Positions 53,252-63,702 of a stretch of DNA of 64,000 nucleotides are shown in pieces; within the stretch, counting starts at the first letter, position 1, and every line of letters begins with the position of its first letter. Both the position numbers and the translations under genes were made by a program. The stretch is from contig CAVUFG010000018.1 of the NCBI GenBank assembly GCA_963740815.1, forward strand, positions 1,041,426 through 1,105,425. Direction: 5' to 3'. The notes beneath the pieces are model-generated. The model made no database searches, was not told where the DNA came from, and saw only the letters and a program-made list of their open reading frames with translations. The DNA is from an uncultured Actinomycetota bacterium (lineage in GTDB: Bacteria; Actinomycetota; Actinomycetes; Actinomycetales; Microbacteriaceae).

Positions 53252-53279
53252 GGGCGGGTGCCGGGCTCGGCTGTCGCTC
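53252..53279 (-). promoter_or_regulatory. Conserved 28-nt leader element, copy 1 (metE)
   Basis: GAGCGACAGCCGAGCCCGGCACCCGCCC between a TAGTGT -10 (53300-53295) and the AAGGAG RBS; 27/28 identical to 61365-61392. Confidence 0.75.
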
Positions 53280-53405
53280 CTGACTTGCGATTCCACACTA
53301 AGCACGCATTCACGGCTCGGCGTCTTTGTTACGCGGAGGACTTCGACGCCCGAGACGGGCATCGCGCGCGGCAGTGGGGTGGGTGGGCGCGGCTAGGCTT
53401 GTGCG

Positions 53406-56400
53406 GTGCCAACGAGTGTGAAGTCCGCGTCATCCACCGACCTGACCGACCTCCCGCGCCCGGACCGATCAGAGGCGCTCATGGCCGAACTGGCCAAGCG
53501 GGTGGTGATCGCGGACGGCGCGATGGGCACGATGCTCCAGGCCGCCGACCTCACGCTCGACGACTTCGAGCAGCTCGAGGGCTGCAACGAGATCCTGAAT
53601 GTTACGCGTCCCGACATCCTCGAGCAGATCCACGGCGAGTATCTCGACACCGGCATCGACGCGATCGAGACCAACACGTTCGGCTCGAACTGGTCGAACC
53701 TGTCCGACTACGGCATCGACGACCGCATCGAGGAGCTCTCGAAGGCCGGCGCCGAGATCGCCCGCCGAACGGTCGAGAAGTACGAGGCGGCCGACGGCAG
53801 GATGCGGTGGGTGCTCGGCTCGATCGGCCCCGGCACGAAGCTCCCCAGCCTCGGTCACACCACCTACGCCCACCTGAAGTCGACGTTCGCCGACCAGGCC
53901 CGCGGACTCATCCTCGGAGGGTCGGACGCCCTGCTCGTCGAGACCTCGCAGGACCTCCTGCAGACCAAGGCGGCGGTCAACGGCTGCAAGCAGGCGATCG
54001 TCGAGACCGGCATCCGCGTGCCGATCTTCGTCGAGGTGACCGTCGAGACCACGGGCACGATGCTCATGGGCAGCGAGATCGCCGCGGCGCTCACGACGCT
54101 CGAGCCACTCGGCATCGACATGATCGGCCTGAACTGCGCCACCGGCCCGGCCGAGATGAGCGAGCACCTGCGGCACCTGTCGAAGTACGCGCACATCCCG
54201 GTGATGTGCATGCCGAACGCGGGCCTGCCGGTGCTCGGTGCGAACGGCGCGAGCTACCCGCTCACCCCCGACGAGCTCGCGACGGCGCACGAGCAGTTCG
54301 TGAAGGAGTTCGGCCTCGGCCTGGTCGGTGGATGCTGCGGCACCACCCCCGCGCACCTCAAGGCCGTCGTCGACCGCATCGGCGGCGCCCGGACCCTCGA
54401 CGCGCACGATCGAGGACGACCCGGGCGTCGCGAGCCTCTACCAGCACGTGCCCTTCAACCAGGACGCGTCCTACCTCGCGATCGGCGAGCGCACGAACGC
54501 GAACGGCTCGCTCGCCTTCCGCGAGGCGATGCTCGAGGAGCGCTGGGACGACTGCGTCGACATCGCCCGCAACCAGGTGCGCGAGGGTGCCCACCTGCTC
54601 GACGTGTGCATCGACTACGTCGGACGCGACGGTGTCGCCGACATGCGCTCCGTGGTGTCGCGTCTCGCCAGCGCTTCGACCCTGCCCGCTCGTCGTCGAC
54701 TCCACCGAGCCAGCGGTGCTGCAGGCCGGGATGGAACTCATCGGCGGCCGCCCGGTGGTCAACTCGGTGAACTTCGAGGACGGCGACGGCCCGGAGTCGC
54801 GCTTCGGGCGGATCATGCCGCTCGTCAAGGAGCACGGCGCCGCCGTCATCGCGCTCACGATCGACGAGGAGGGCCAGGCCCGCACCGCGGAGAACAAGGT
54901 GCGCATCGCCTCCCGGCTCGTCGACTCGCTCGTGAACGACTGGGGCATGAAGGTCGACGACATCATCGTGGACGCGCTGACCTTCCCGATCGCGACCGGC
55001 CAGGAGGAGACCCGCCGCGACGCGATCGAGACGATCGACGCGATCCGGCAGATCACCGCGAAGTACCCGGGCATCCACACCACGCTCGGCGTCTCGAACG
55101 TCTCGTTCGGCCTCAACCCGGCGGCGCGCTCGGTGCTCAACTCCGTGTTCCTGCACGAGGCGGTCGAGGCGGGCCTCGACTCCGCGATCGTGAACGCCGC
55201 GAAGATCGTGCCGCTCGCGTCGGTGCCGGACGACCGCCGCAAGGTCGCGATGGACCTCGTCTGGGACAAGCGCGAGTACGCCGAGGACGGCACCCTCACC
55301 TACGACCCGCTCTCCGCCCTGCTCGACCTGTTCGCGGGTGTGGACTCGGCCGCCCTCAAGAACGAGCGCGCCGCCGAGCTCGCAGCGCTCCCCGTCGGCG
55401 AGCGGCTCGAGCGCCGCATCATCGACGGCGAGGCGAAGGGGCTCGAGGGCGACCTCGACCTCGCGCGCGCCGACGGCATGAAGGCGCTCGACATCGTGAA
55501 CGACCACCTGCTGGCCGGCATGCAGGTCGTCGGCCAGCGCTTCGGCAGCGGCGAGATGCAGCTGCCGTTCGTGCTGCAGTCCGCCGAGGTCATGAAGGCC
55601 GCGGTGGCGCTGCTCGAGCCGCACATGGAGAAGTCCGACGCCGCGGGCAAGGGCACCATGGTGATCGGCACGGTGCGCGGTGACGTGCACGACATCGGCA
55701 AGAACCTCGTCGACATCATCCTCACCAACAACGGCTACGACGTGATCAACATCGGGATCAAGCAGCCGATCAGCGAGTTCATCCGTGCCGCCGAGGAGCA
55801 CAACGCCGACGTCATCGGCATGAGCGGCCTGCTCGTGAAGTCGACGGTCGTGATGAAGGAGAACCTGCTCGAACTCACCCAGCGCGGTCTCGGCACGAGG
55901 TGGCCGATCCTGCTCGGCGGCGCTGCGCTCACCCGCACCTACGTCGAGGACGACCTCGCGTCGATCTTCGACGGCGAGGTGCGCTACGCCCGGGACGCGT
56001 TCGAGGGACTCGCGCTCATGGAGCCGCTCGTCGCGATCGCGCGCGGCGCGGACCGTGGCGAAGTCGGCCTGCCGCCGCTCAAGAAGCGCATCCATGCCAG
56101 CAGCACCGTGGATGTCACCGAGCCCGAGAACATGCCGGCCCGCTCCGATGTCGTCGCCGACAACCCCATCCCCGCTCCCCCGTTCTGGGGCACCCGCATC
56201 GTCAGGGGCGTCGCCCTCGCCGACTACGCGGCGTTCCTCGACGAGCGCGCGACCTTCATGGGCCAGTGGGGGCTCAAGCCGAGCCGGGCCGAGGATGGCG
56301 CGAGCTACGAGGAACTCGTCGAGACCGAGGGCCGGCCGCGCCTGCGGTACTGGCTCGACCGCATCCTCGCCGAGGGCATGCTGGACGCCTCGGTCGCGTA

Positions 56401-57029
56401 CGGATACTTCCCGGCCTACGCGGAGGGTGACGACCTCGTCATCCTGCACCACGGCGACGACCCGAACGGGGTGCTCGGCCAGGCCGGACTGCTCTCGCCC
56501 GACGGCGGATCGGGCGGCGCGGTCGGCACCGAGCGGCTGCGGTTCTCGTTCCCGCGCCAGCGCCGCGACCGGCATCTGTGCCTCTCGGACTACGTGCGTT
56601 CGAAGGACAGCGGCCAGATCGACGTCGTCGGCCTGCAGCTCGTGACCGCGGGCTCGGCCGTCGACGCGTTCACCGCGAAGATGTTCGCCGAGAACAAGTA
56701 CCGCGACTACCTCGAGCTCAACGGCCTCACGATGCAGCTCACCGAGGCGCTCGCCGAGTACTGGCACTCGCGGATGCGGGCCGATCTCGGGTTCGCGTCC
56801 GAGGATCCGGACAACGTCGAGGGCATGTTCAAGCTGCAGTACCGCGGGGCGCGGTTCTCCCTCGGCTACCCGGCCTGCCCGAACATGGAGGACCGCACGC
56901 AAGGTCGTCGAGCTGCTCAAGCCCGAGCGGATGGGCGTCGAACTCTCCGAGGAGCTGCAGCTGCACCCCGAGCAGTCCACCGACGCGTTCGTGTTCCACC
57001 ACCCGGAGGCACGCTACTTCAGCGTGTAG
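53406..57029 (+). CDS. metH: Cobalamin-dependent methionine synthase (frame breaks near 54400, 54685 and 56900)
   Basis: DGAMGT, GLNC, GGCCGT, IGERTNANGS, GDVHDIGKN B12 motif, RFSLGYPACP; TAGGCT-N6-GTG leaderless start. Confidence 0.95.
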
Positions 57030-57877
57030 TGCCGCGCCCGATCTTCGCTCGGCGGAGCGCGGCCAGCGCCGCCGGGCCGACGAGCAGGATGCCGACGGTC
57101 GTCGTGACCGCGCGCACGGTGTCCCAGGTCAGGGTCGACGTCACGAGGGTGTACACGCCGAACGACGCGAGGTTCTGCGCCGAGCGGCGCACCGGCCACG
57201 TACGCGAGCCCGTTCGAGGGTCCGACCGCGAACGGCCAGAACCAGAAGTTCATGAGCAGCCCGAACGCGTACGACGACACGATGCCATAGACGACGAGCA
57301 TCGCGATCTCGAGCCGCGCGGCGACCTTCGGGGTCGGGGCGAGCCGCGACCCCACCCGGATGCGCGGCAGCAGTCCCGCCCCAGCCGCGACCCAACCGCA
57401 CGCGAACACCTGGAACGGCGTCCATGGCCCGATCCCGCCCCACAGCACCGACGACAGGGCGATCGTGAGCATCCCGAGCAGGAAGCCGAATCGGGCGCCG
57501 TACGCCCGCCCGGCGAGGATCAGGATGATGAACACGGCCTCCAGTCCGCCGACGCCGGTGCCGGCGATCCGGATCGCCGCGGCGACGGCCGTGAGCACGC
57601 CGAGCATCGCGATCGTGGTCGCCGTATGCATCGCGCGATCGAGGCTGAGCGCGACCGCGATGACGATGATCGGGACGAGGGCGAGCGCCAGCACCGGCAC
57701 CGCGGCTTGGGCGTCCTTCGGCAGGGCGGCCGCGATCAGCGGCCAGCCGAACCCGGCGACGGCGAGCACACTCGCGATCACGAGGGTCCATCGCGACCAG
57801 CGGTCCCGGGTGCTCGTCGTGGTCGCGGTGCGCGGGGTGGCGGGTGAGGTGACGGTGGTCGGCGGGATCGCGGTCAT
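57019..57877 (-). CDS. ECF transporter S component, CbrT-like (frame break near 57180)
   Basis: AMLGVL...GLEAVF..LILAGRAYGARFGF...GGIGPWTPFQ; co-transcribed with EcfT/A. Confidence 0.78.
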
Positions 57878-59808
57878 GGGGTGACCTCCACGTGCGCCCC
57901 GAGGTGTCCGGCCACCATCGTGACCGTTCGGGTCGACGTGCGGGCCGCGAAGTCACGGTCGTGGGTGGCCATGACGACGGCGGCGTCGGCGCGGGCCGCC
58001 TCGACCAGGGCGTTGCTCACCAGGGTGCGGGCCGCGGCATCCAGCCCACGGCTCGGCTCGTCGACGAGCAGCACGCTCGGACGCGCGGAGAGCTGGATGG
58101 CGAGCACGAGGCACAACCGCTCCCCCGCCGAGAGGTCGCGCGGGTGGCGGGTCAGCAGCGACCGTGGGTCGGCTGCGAGGTCGATGCCGAGCAGGCGTGC
58201 GAAGAGTTCGGCGGTGGATGTCGCCCCGACCCCCGCCCGGCGATCGGCCCGGCGGCACTCCGCCGCGACCGTCGTGGCGAACAGCAGGTCGTCGAACGCC
58301 TCCGGGACGAGCGCGACCGCGTGCCGGCGCGCGCGGCGACCCAGCCCGTGCACGTCGACGCCGTCCACGATGACCGTGCCGACCTGCTTCGGGCGGGCCA
58401 TCGCGAGCAGCAGGCTGCTCTTGCCCGCGCCGTTGGGGCCGCGCAGCGCGACGAGTTCGCCGGCGGTGAGGGTGAGGCTCGCGTCATCCACGACGAGTCG
58501 ATCGCCGTGCCGGACCGAGAGCTGACGGATCTCGGCGACCACGGTGGCCGACCTCTCGACGTGCGGGCCGGAGAGCTCGGTTGCGTCGGGTGTTGCCGCG
58601 CGGTCGAGCCGGTGGACGGTCCGCCCGCGCAGGTCGAGCCGCGTGTCGGGCACCGAGCCCCACTCGCGCACCGCGTGCTCGGCGACCACGACGCACACGC
58701 CGGCCTCATGGGCGAGCCGGTCGAGCACGCCGACCACCCGCTCGCGGGCGGCCTCGTCGAGATCGGCGAGCGGCTCGTCGACGATGAGCAGCACCGGGCG
58801 CTCGACCAGCGCGGCCGCGATCGCGACGAGACAGGCCTCGCCTGCCGAGAGTGCCGCGATGTCGCGGTCGAGCAGGTGCTGGATGCCCACGTGCTCCGCG
58901 ATCTCGGCGACGCGGGCGCGGACGATCGCGGCATCCACGTTCCGGATCGCGAGCGTGAATCCGAGCTCCTCGGCGACCGTCGGTGCCACGAAGGACAGTC
59001 GCACCGACTGGGAGACCACACCGACGAAGCCGGCGGTCTCGCGCGGCGGCACCGCAATCCGGTCGACGCCCGCGACCTCGACCACGCCCAGCTGCTCCCC
59101 ACCGGACACGTGCTGGAACAGCCCGCTCATCGCGTGCAGCAGGGTCGACTTGCCGGAGCCTGTCGCGCCCGTGACGAGGGTGAGCGTGCCCGGAGCGAGG
59201 CTGAGGTCGAGGTGCTCGAGGCTCCAGCGACCGTCGTAGCCGAGCGAGGCCGCCACGAGGTCCACCGGGCGCTCACAGGTGGGCTCGGCTCGCTTGGTGG
59301 CCGCGAATCCGCGGACCTCCATCGACGCGCCGAGCGCGATCGCGCGCTCCACGGTCTGCTCGAGCACCGGCACGATGAGAGACGCCGCACCGCGCTCTCC
59401 CCTGAGTTCCCGAGCGACGCGCACTCGGCGCACCGAGTCCAGGAGGGCGGGGAACGTCGCCCACGCCACGACGAGCGCGCGCGACACGGTGCGCACCGGA
59501 CCGCGCACGGCCCCGCGGGTGAGCAGGGCACGGACATCCACGATGACCGCCAGCAATCCCACCGCCAGGACGAGCGCGGCGAACGGCAGCGCGCTCACCG
59601 CCGCGTTGGCGATGCCGCCGGTGGTCACCGGGCCGAAGAGCGTGATGTGCTCGAACGGCCCGGGAAGGCGGATGCGCGGCAGGTCGAGCAGCACGAGGCC
59701 GCCACCGCCCGCGCCGCCGAAGACGATCCGGTACACGACCCGCAGCGCGATGAACCCGGCCGCGAGCAGGATCGCGGCCCGGAGAGCGGTGAGGCGGGTC
59801 AGCCGCAT
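57874..59808 (-). CDS. Fused ECF T component plus two ABC ATPase domains
   Basis: N-terminal TM region with ARELRG and SMEVRG EcfT Arg motifs; GATGSGKS and GPNGAGKS; two LSAGE signatures. Confidence 0.85.
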   Translation of the reverse strand: MRLTRLTALRAAILLAAGFIALRVVYRIVFGGAGGGGLVLLDLPRIRLPGPFEHITLFGPVTTGGIANAAVSALPFAALVLAVGLLAVIVDVRALLTRGAVRGPVRTVSRALVVAWATFPALLDSVRRVRVARELRGERGAASLIVPVLEQTVERAIALGASMEVRGFAATKRAEPTCERPVDLVAASLGYDGRWSLEHLDLSLAPGTLTLVTGATGSGKSTLLHAMSGLFQHVSGGEQLGVVEVAGVDRIAVPPRETAGFVGVVSQSVRLSFVAPTVAEELGFTLAIRNVDAAIVRARVAEIAEHVGIQHLLDRDIAALSAGEACLVAIAAALVERPVLLIVDEPLADLDEAARERVVGVLDRLAHEAGVCVVVAEHAVREWGSVPDTRLDLRGRTVHRLDRAATPDATELSGPHVERSATVVAEIRQLSVRHGDRLVVDDASLTLTAGELVALRGPNGAGKSSLLLAMARPKQVGTVIVDGVDVHGLGRRARRHAVALVPEAFDDLLFATTVAAECRRADRRAGVGATSTAELFARLLGIDLAADPRSLLTRHPRDLSAGERLCLVLAIQLSARPSVLLVDEPSRGLDAAARTLVSNALVEAARADAAVVMATHDRDFAARTSTRTVTMVAGHLGAHVEVTP

Positions 59809-60329
59809 CAGTCCTCGGGTGTGAGGGTCTCGGTGATCGGCGAGTACGCGAGTCCGAGCGACTGGCCGTCAGTCAACTCCAGGGTGGCGACGCCCTCCTG
59901 GGCGAACTCCCATTCACCGTCGGGGGTGAGCTTGACCCAGAGACCCCAGTAGGCGGCATCGCTCAGGGTCTCGCAGGTCTCGGTGAACGGCTCGACGCCG
60001 TCGATCTCGACCGGCTCATCCTCTGACGGCTCGCCGTTGACGCGGCAGACCACCTGGTCGCCGTAGTCGACGGTGCCCTCGGTGGTGATGCCGGCCTCGG
60101 CAAGGATGTCGCTCGCGGCACCCGCCGCGACACACGCCTCGACCGCCGGCTCGTCGAGCACGGTGAAGTTCACGACCACGGTCACCTGCTCGCACGGGCC
60201 GGACGCGGTCGCCTCGGGCACGGGCGTCGAGGTCGGCTCCGGCGCGGGACCCGCGCATGCGGCGAGGGCCAGTGCGGCCATCGCGAGCAGGACGGGGGCG
60301 GCGGTCTTGGTGAAGCGGGTCATCGGCAT
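59808..60329 (-). CDS. Lipoprotein associated with the ECF module (CbrS-like by context)
   Basis: LAAC lipobox; VTVVVNF, VCRVNGEP, AYWGLW, WEFAQEG. Confidence 0.75.
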   Translation of the reverse strand: MPMTRFTKTAAPVLLAMAALALAACAGPAPEPTSTPVPEATASGPCEQVTVVVNFTVLDEPAVEACVAAGAASDILAEAGITTEGTVDYGDQVVCRVNGEPSEDEPVEIDGVEPFTETCETLSDAAYWGLWVKLTPDGEWEFAQEGVATLELTDGQSLGLAYSPITETLTPED

Positions 60330-60374
60330 CCTTCGGTCGGTGATCTGGTCGTGCAGGGGAATCGCGGCGGTCGG

Positions 60375-61322
60375 TCAGGCGTGCTGGCTGGAGACGTCGA
60401 GCAGTCCGGCTCCGGTGAGCACCGCGAGGGGTGCCTCCGAGCGGTTGAAGGTGTACAGGTGGACGCCGTCCGCACCGCCGGCGATGAGGTCCCTGGCGAG
60501 CACGGTGCACGCCTCGAGTCCGACCTGGGCGGCCGCGTCTGCATCCGGTGCCGCCTCGAGCTTCGCGAGCAGTTGGGCAGGCATGGCCTCACCGGTCAGT
60601 TCGATGGTCCGCCGGAGTCGCGGCACGCTCAGCACGGGCATGATTCCGGGCAGGATGCGCATCGTCACGCCCGCAGCCCGCGCTTCGTCGACGAAGCCGA
60701 GGTACTCGTCGGCTTCGAAGAACAGCTGCGTGATCGCGAGGTTGGCGCCCGCGGCCTCCTTGGCGAGGAGGGTGTCGATGTCCTGCGAGCGGGAGCGGGA
60801 GCGGGGGTGGCCGTTGGGGAAGGTCGCGACCGCGATCGTGACCTTCTCGCCGCTGCTGATCCGCTTGGCGAACGGGTTGCCGGGTACCTCGTGGAAGCTG
60901 AACGGGCTGCGCTCGGCCTGCACCCGATGGATGAGCTGCACGAGCTCGCCCGCGGTCGCGAAGTCACCGAGGAAGTCGTCATCCTCGCTCATCCCCTCCG
61001 GCGGATCGCCACGCAGCGCGAGGAAGCTCGTGACTCCGGCGTCCAGGAACTCCCGGATGACCCGGCTCGCCTCCTCGTACGACGACCCCACCGCGGTGAG
61101 GTGCGCCATCGCGTGCACCCGGTGCTCCGTGATGAGCTTGTCGAGCACCGCGAGGGATGCCGCGCGGTCGTGGCCGGTCGGACGGTAGGTCACCGAGATG
61201 AACTCGGGCTGCACGGCGGTCAGACGATCGATCGCCTCGAACAGGCTTGCCTCCGCGGCATCCGAGCGCGGCGGATAGAGCTCGAACGAGAACGTCGGCG
61301 TGCGACGTGCTGGAGCCTGCAC
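60375..61322 (-). CDS. metF: Methylenetetrahydrofolate reductase
   Basis: FSFELYPPR, FISVTY, AHLT, LALRGDPP, AITQLFF, PGIMP, HLYTFNR; GTG start after GAAGGA. Confidence 0.95.
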   Translation of the reverse strand: MQAPARRTPTFSFELYPPRSDAAEASLFEAIDRLTAVQPEFISVTYRPTGHDRAASLAVLDKLITEHRVHAMAHLTAVGSSYEEASRVIREFLDAGVTSFLALRGDPPEGMSEDDDFLGDFATAGELVQLIHRVQAERSPFSFHEVPGNPFAKRISSGEKVTIAVATFPNGHPRSRSRSQDIDTLLAKEAAGANLAITQLFFEADEYLGFVDEARAAGVTMRILPGIMPVLSVPRLRRTIELTGEAMPAQLLAKLEAAPDADAAAQVGLEACTVLARDLIAGGADGVHLYTFNRSEAPLAVLTGAGLLDVSSQHA

Positions 61323-61364
61323 CTGTTCAGTCCTTCGTCTCACGGCCGACGGCCGGATCTGCAA

Positions 61365-61392
61365 GGGCGGATGCCGGGCTCGGCTGTCGCTC
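61365..61392 (-). promoter_or_regulatory. Conserved 28-nt leader element, copy 2 (metF operon)
   Basis: GAGCGACAGCCGAGCCCGGCATCCGCCC between a TAGAAT -10 (61430-61425) and the RBS. Confidence 0.75.
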
Positions 61393-61463
61393 AACTGCCG
61401 GAAGCACATCCCCGGCAACGCACCATTCTACCCACGCCCCTGCGGGCGGAGCTTCGTGTTACG

Positions 61464-63035
61464 TCAGACCCGGAACGGCTCGAGTTCGGCGACCTGATGC
61501 GGGAAGACGCGTGCCTTCACGCGCGTGCCGGACTCCTCGTAGTCGGTCGAGAGCACCCCACCGCGCACATGCAGCTTCGAGATGACCTCGCCGCGGTCGT
61601 ACGGCACGAGCAGCTCGAGCTCGATCTGCGGGGCCGGCAGCAGCTCCTCGATGCGGGTGAGCAGCTCTTCGACGCCCTCCCCGGTGCGCGCCGAGACGAA
61701 GATCGCGGTGGGTTCCAGCCCTCGCAGCAGGAGCCGCTGGTCGTCGTCGGCGAGGTCGCTCTTGTTGAACACGACGATCTCGGGCACGTCACGGGCATCC
61801 ACTTCGCCGATCACGTCGCGAACGGTCGCCAGCTGCGCCCCTGGGTCGGGGTGGGATGCATCCACGACGTGCACGATGACGTCGGCGTCGCCGACCTCCT
61901 CGAGCGTCGAGCGGAACGCCTCGACCAACTGGTGCGGCAGGTTGCGAACGAACCCGACCGTGTCGGTGAGGGTGAACTCGCGGCCGTCCTCGGTGTGGGA
62001 GCGGCGAACGCTCGTGTCGAGGGTCGCGAACAGCGCGTTCTCGACGAGCACGCCCGCCCGCGTGATGCGGTTGAGCAGGCTCGACTTGCCGGCGTTCGTG
62101 TAGCCGGTGATCGCGACGCTCGGCACCTCGAAGCGCGTGCGGTTCGCGCGCTTGGCCTCGCGAGCCGGCGTGAAGCCCTTGATCTGCTTGCGCAGCTTGG
62201 ACATGCGGGTGTGGATGCGACGGCGATCGAGTTCGATCTTCGTCTCACCCGGTCCACGCGAGCCCATGCCGTTGCCCGCGCCGACCTGGCCACCGGCCTG
62301 GCGGGACATCGAGTCACCCCAACCACGGAGCCGCGGCAGCAGGTACTCGAGCTGCGCGAGTTCGACCTGCGCCTTGCCCTCGCGGCTCTTGGCGTGCTGG
62401 CTGAAGATGTCGAGGATGACGGCGGTGCGGTCGATGACCTTCACCTTGACGATGTCCTCGAGTGCGCGCCGCTGGCTCGGGGCCAGCTCGGTGTCGGCGA
62501 TCACGGTGTCCGCGCCCGTGGCGGCCACGACATCCCGCAGCTCCTGCGCCTTGCCCTTGCCGAAGTAGGTGGACGGATCCGGGTTCGCGCGACGCTGCAG
62601 CAGACCGTCGAGCACCGTGGCGCCCGCGGTCTCGGCGAGGGCGGACAGCTCGCGCAGCGAGTTCTCCGCCTCCTCGGTCTTGCCCTGCGTGTAGATGCCG
62701 ATGAGCACGACCTGCTCGAGGCGCAGCTGGCGGTACTCGACCTCGGTGACATCCTCGAGCTCGGTGGAGAGGCCCGCGACGCGACGCAGCGCCTGCCGGT
62801 CCTCGCGGTCGAACTGGTCGCCGTCGCGGTCGTCGGAGTAGTGGTCGTCGTCCTGCAGAGCCTGCGCCTGCGACCCCGCGGAGCCGAACAGGGTCACGCC
62901 CGCGCGGTTGCCCTCGCTGGCCAGCACACGGTCGATGGGGTCTGCGTGCTTGCCCTCGTGGTCGCTGAAGTCACGCTCGGAGGACTCGTTCGCCTCATCC
63001 GTCACGGTCGCACCACTGGTGTTCTCATTACTCAT
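61464..63035 (-). CDS. hflX: GTPase HflX
   Basis: DRTAVILDIF, RGPGETKIE, GYTNAGKSS, LFATLD, DTVGF, NKSD. Confidence 0.96.
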   Translation of the reverse strand: MSNENTSGATVTDEANESSERDFSDHEGKHADPIDRVLASEGNRAGVTLFGSAGSQAQALQDDDHYSDDRDGDQFDREDRQALRRVAGLSTELEDVTEVEYRQLRLEQVVLIGIYTQGKTEEAENSLRELSALAETAGATVLDGLLQRRANPDPSTYFGKGKAQELRDVVAATGADTVIADTELAPSQRRALEDIVKVKVIDRTAVILDIFSQHAKSREGKAQVELAQLEYLLPRLRGWGDSMSRQAGGQVGAGNGMGSRGPGETKIELDRRRIHTRMSKLRKQIKGFTPAREAKRANRTRFEVPSVAITGYTNAGKSSLLNRITRAGVLVENALFATLDTSVRRSHTEDGREFTLTDTVGFVRNLPHQLVEAFRSTLEEVGDADVIVHVVDASHPDPGAQLATVRDVIGEVDARDVPEIVVFNKSDLADDDQRLLLRGLEPTAIFVSARTGEGVEELLTRIEELLPAPQIELELLVPYDRGEVISKLHVRGGVLSTDYEESGTRVKARVFPHQVAELEPFRV

Positions 63036-63079
63036 ATCCGGTTAACCCTAGTTCCCGTCACTTCGGTACGGTGGCTGTC

Positions 63080-63688
63080 ATGCCGCCCGAGCACTACTTC
63101 TCCCCGTCTCCGGAGAGTGAGCTCAACCCCCGCACGATCCACGTGCGGCTCGCCGGCCAGGACCGGGAGCTGCTCACCGCGAGCGGTGTGTTCAGTCCGC
63201 AGCGCATCGACACCGGCACCCAGGTGCTGCTCGCGAACGTGCCGGCACCGCCTCCCGGCGGCAACCTGCTCGACCTCGGCTGCGGCTGGGGACCGATCGC
63301 CCTCACCCTCGCACTCGAGTCGCCACACGCGACCGTCTGGGCCGTGGATGTCAACGAACGGGCCCTCGCACTGCTGCGCGAGAACGCCGCGCGTCTCGGA
63401 CTCGACAATGTCAACGCCGTGACCCCCGACGATGTTCCCGACGACATCAGCTTCATGACGATCTGGTCGAATCCGCCGATCCGAGTGGGCAAGCACGAGC
63501 TGCACGGACTGCTCGAGCGCTGGCTGCCCCGGCTGGAGAGTGGATGCGACGGCTGGCTGGTCGTGCAGCGCAACCTCGGCTCGGACTCGCTGCACCGCTG
63601 GCTGCAGGCCACCTTCCCCGAGGCATTCAGCTTCGTGCGCGCGGCCACCAACAAGGGCTACCGCGTGCTCCGCGCCAAGAAGCGCTGA
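63080..63688 (+). CDS. Class I SAM-dependent methyltransferase (RsmC/MTS-like)
   Basis: EHYF, GVFS, LDLGCGWG, SNPPIRVGK; TACGGT-N7-ATG. Confidence 0.88.
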   Translation: MPPEHYFSPSPESELNPRTIHVRLAGQDRELLTASGVFSPQRIDTGTQVLLANVPAPPPGGNLLDLGCGWGPIALTLALESPHATVWAVDVNERALALLRENAARLGLDNVNAVTPDDVPDDISFMTIWSNPPIRVGKHELHGLLERWLPRLESGCDGWLVVQRNLGSDSLHRWLQATFPEAFSFVRAATNKGYRVLRAKKR

Positions 63689-63702
63689 CGAGGAGGCGCT
63701 GA

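Noticed and set aside
53196-53405. Canonical cobalamin or SAH riboswitch between metE and metH
   Set aside because: The GGGAA..GGTG-AA-TCC core and the SAH GAGGAGCG-TGC signature are not visible; only a short AAGTCAGGAG resemblance to the B12 box
53201-57847. 1548-aa giant ORF
   Set aside because: It is the middle frame of frameshifted metH with meaningless flanks
60351-63422. Long antisense ORFs (this 1023-aa one, 28131-30272, 31168-33549 and others)
   Set aside because: Shadow frames of high-GC genes with no recognisable motifs
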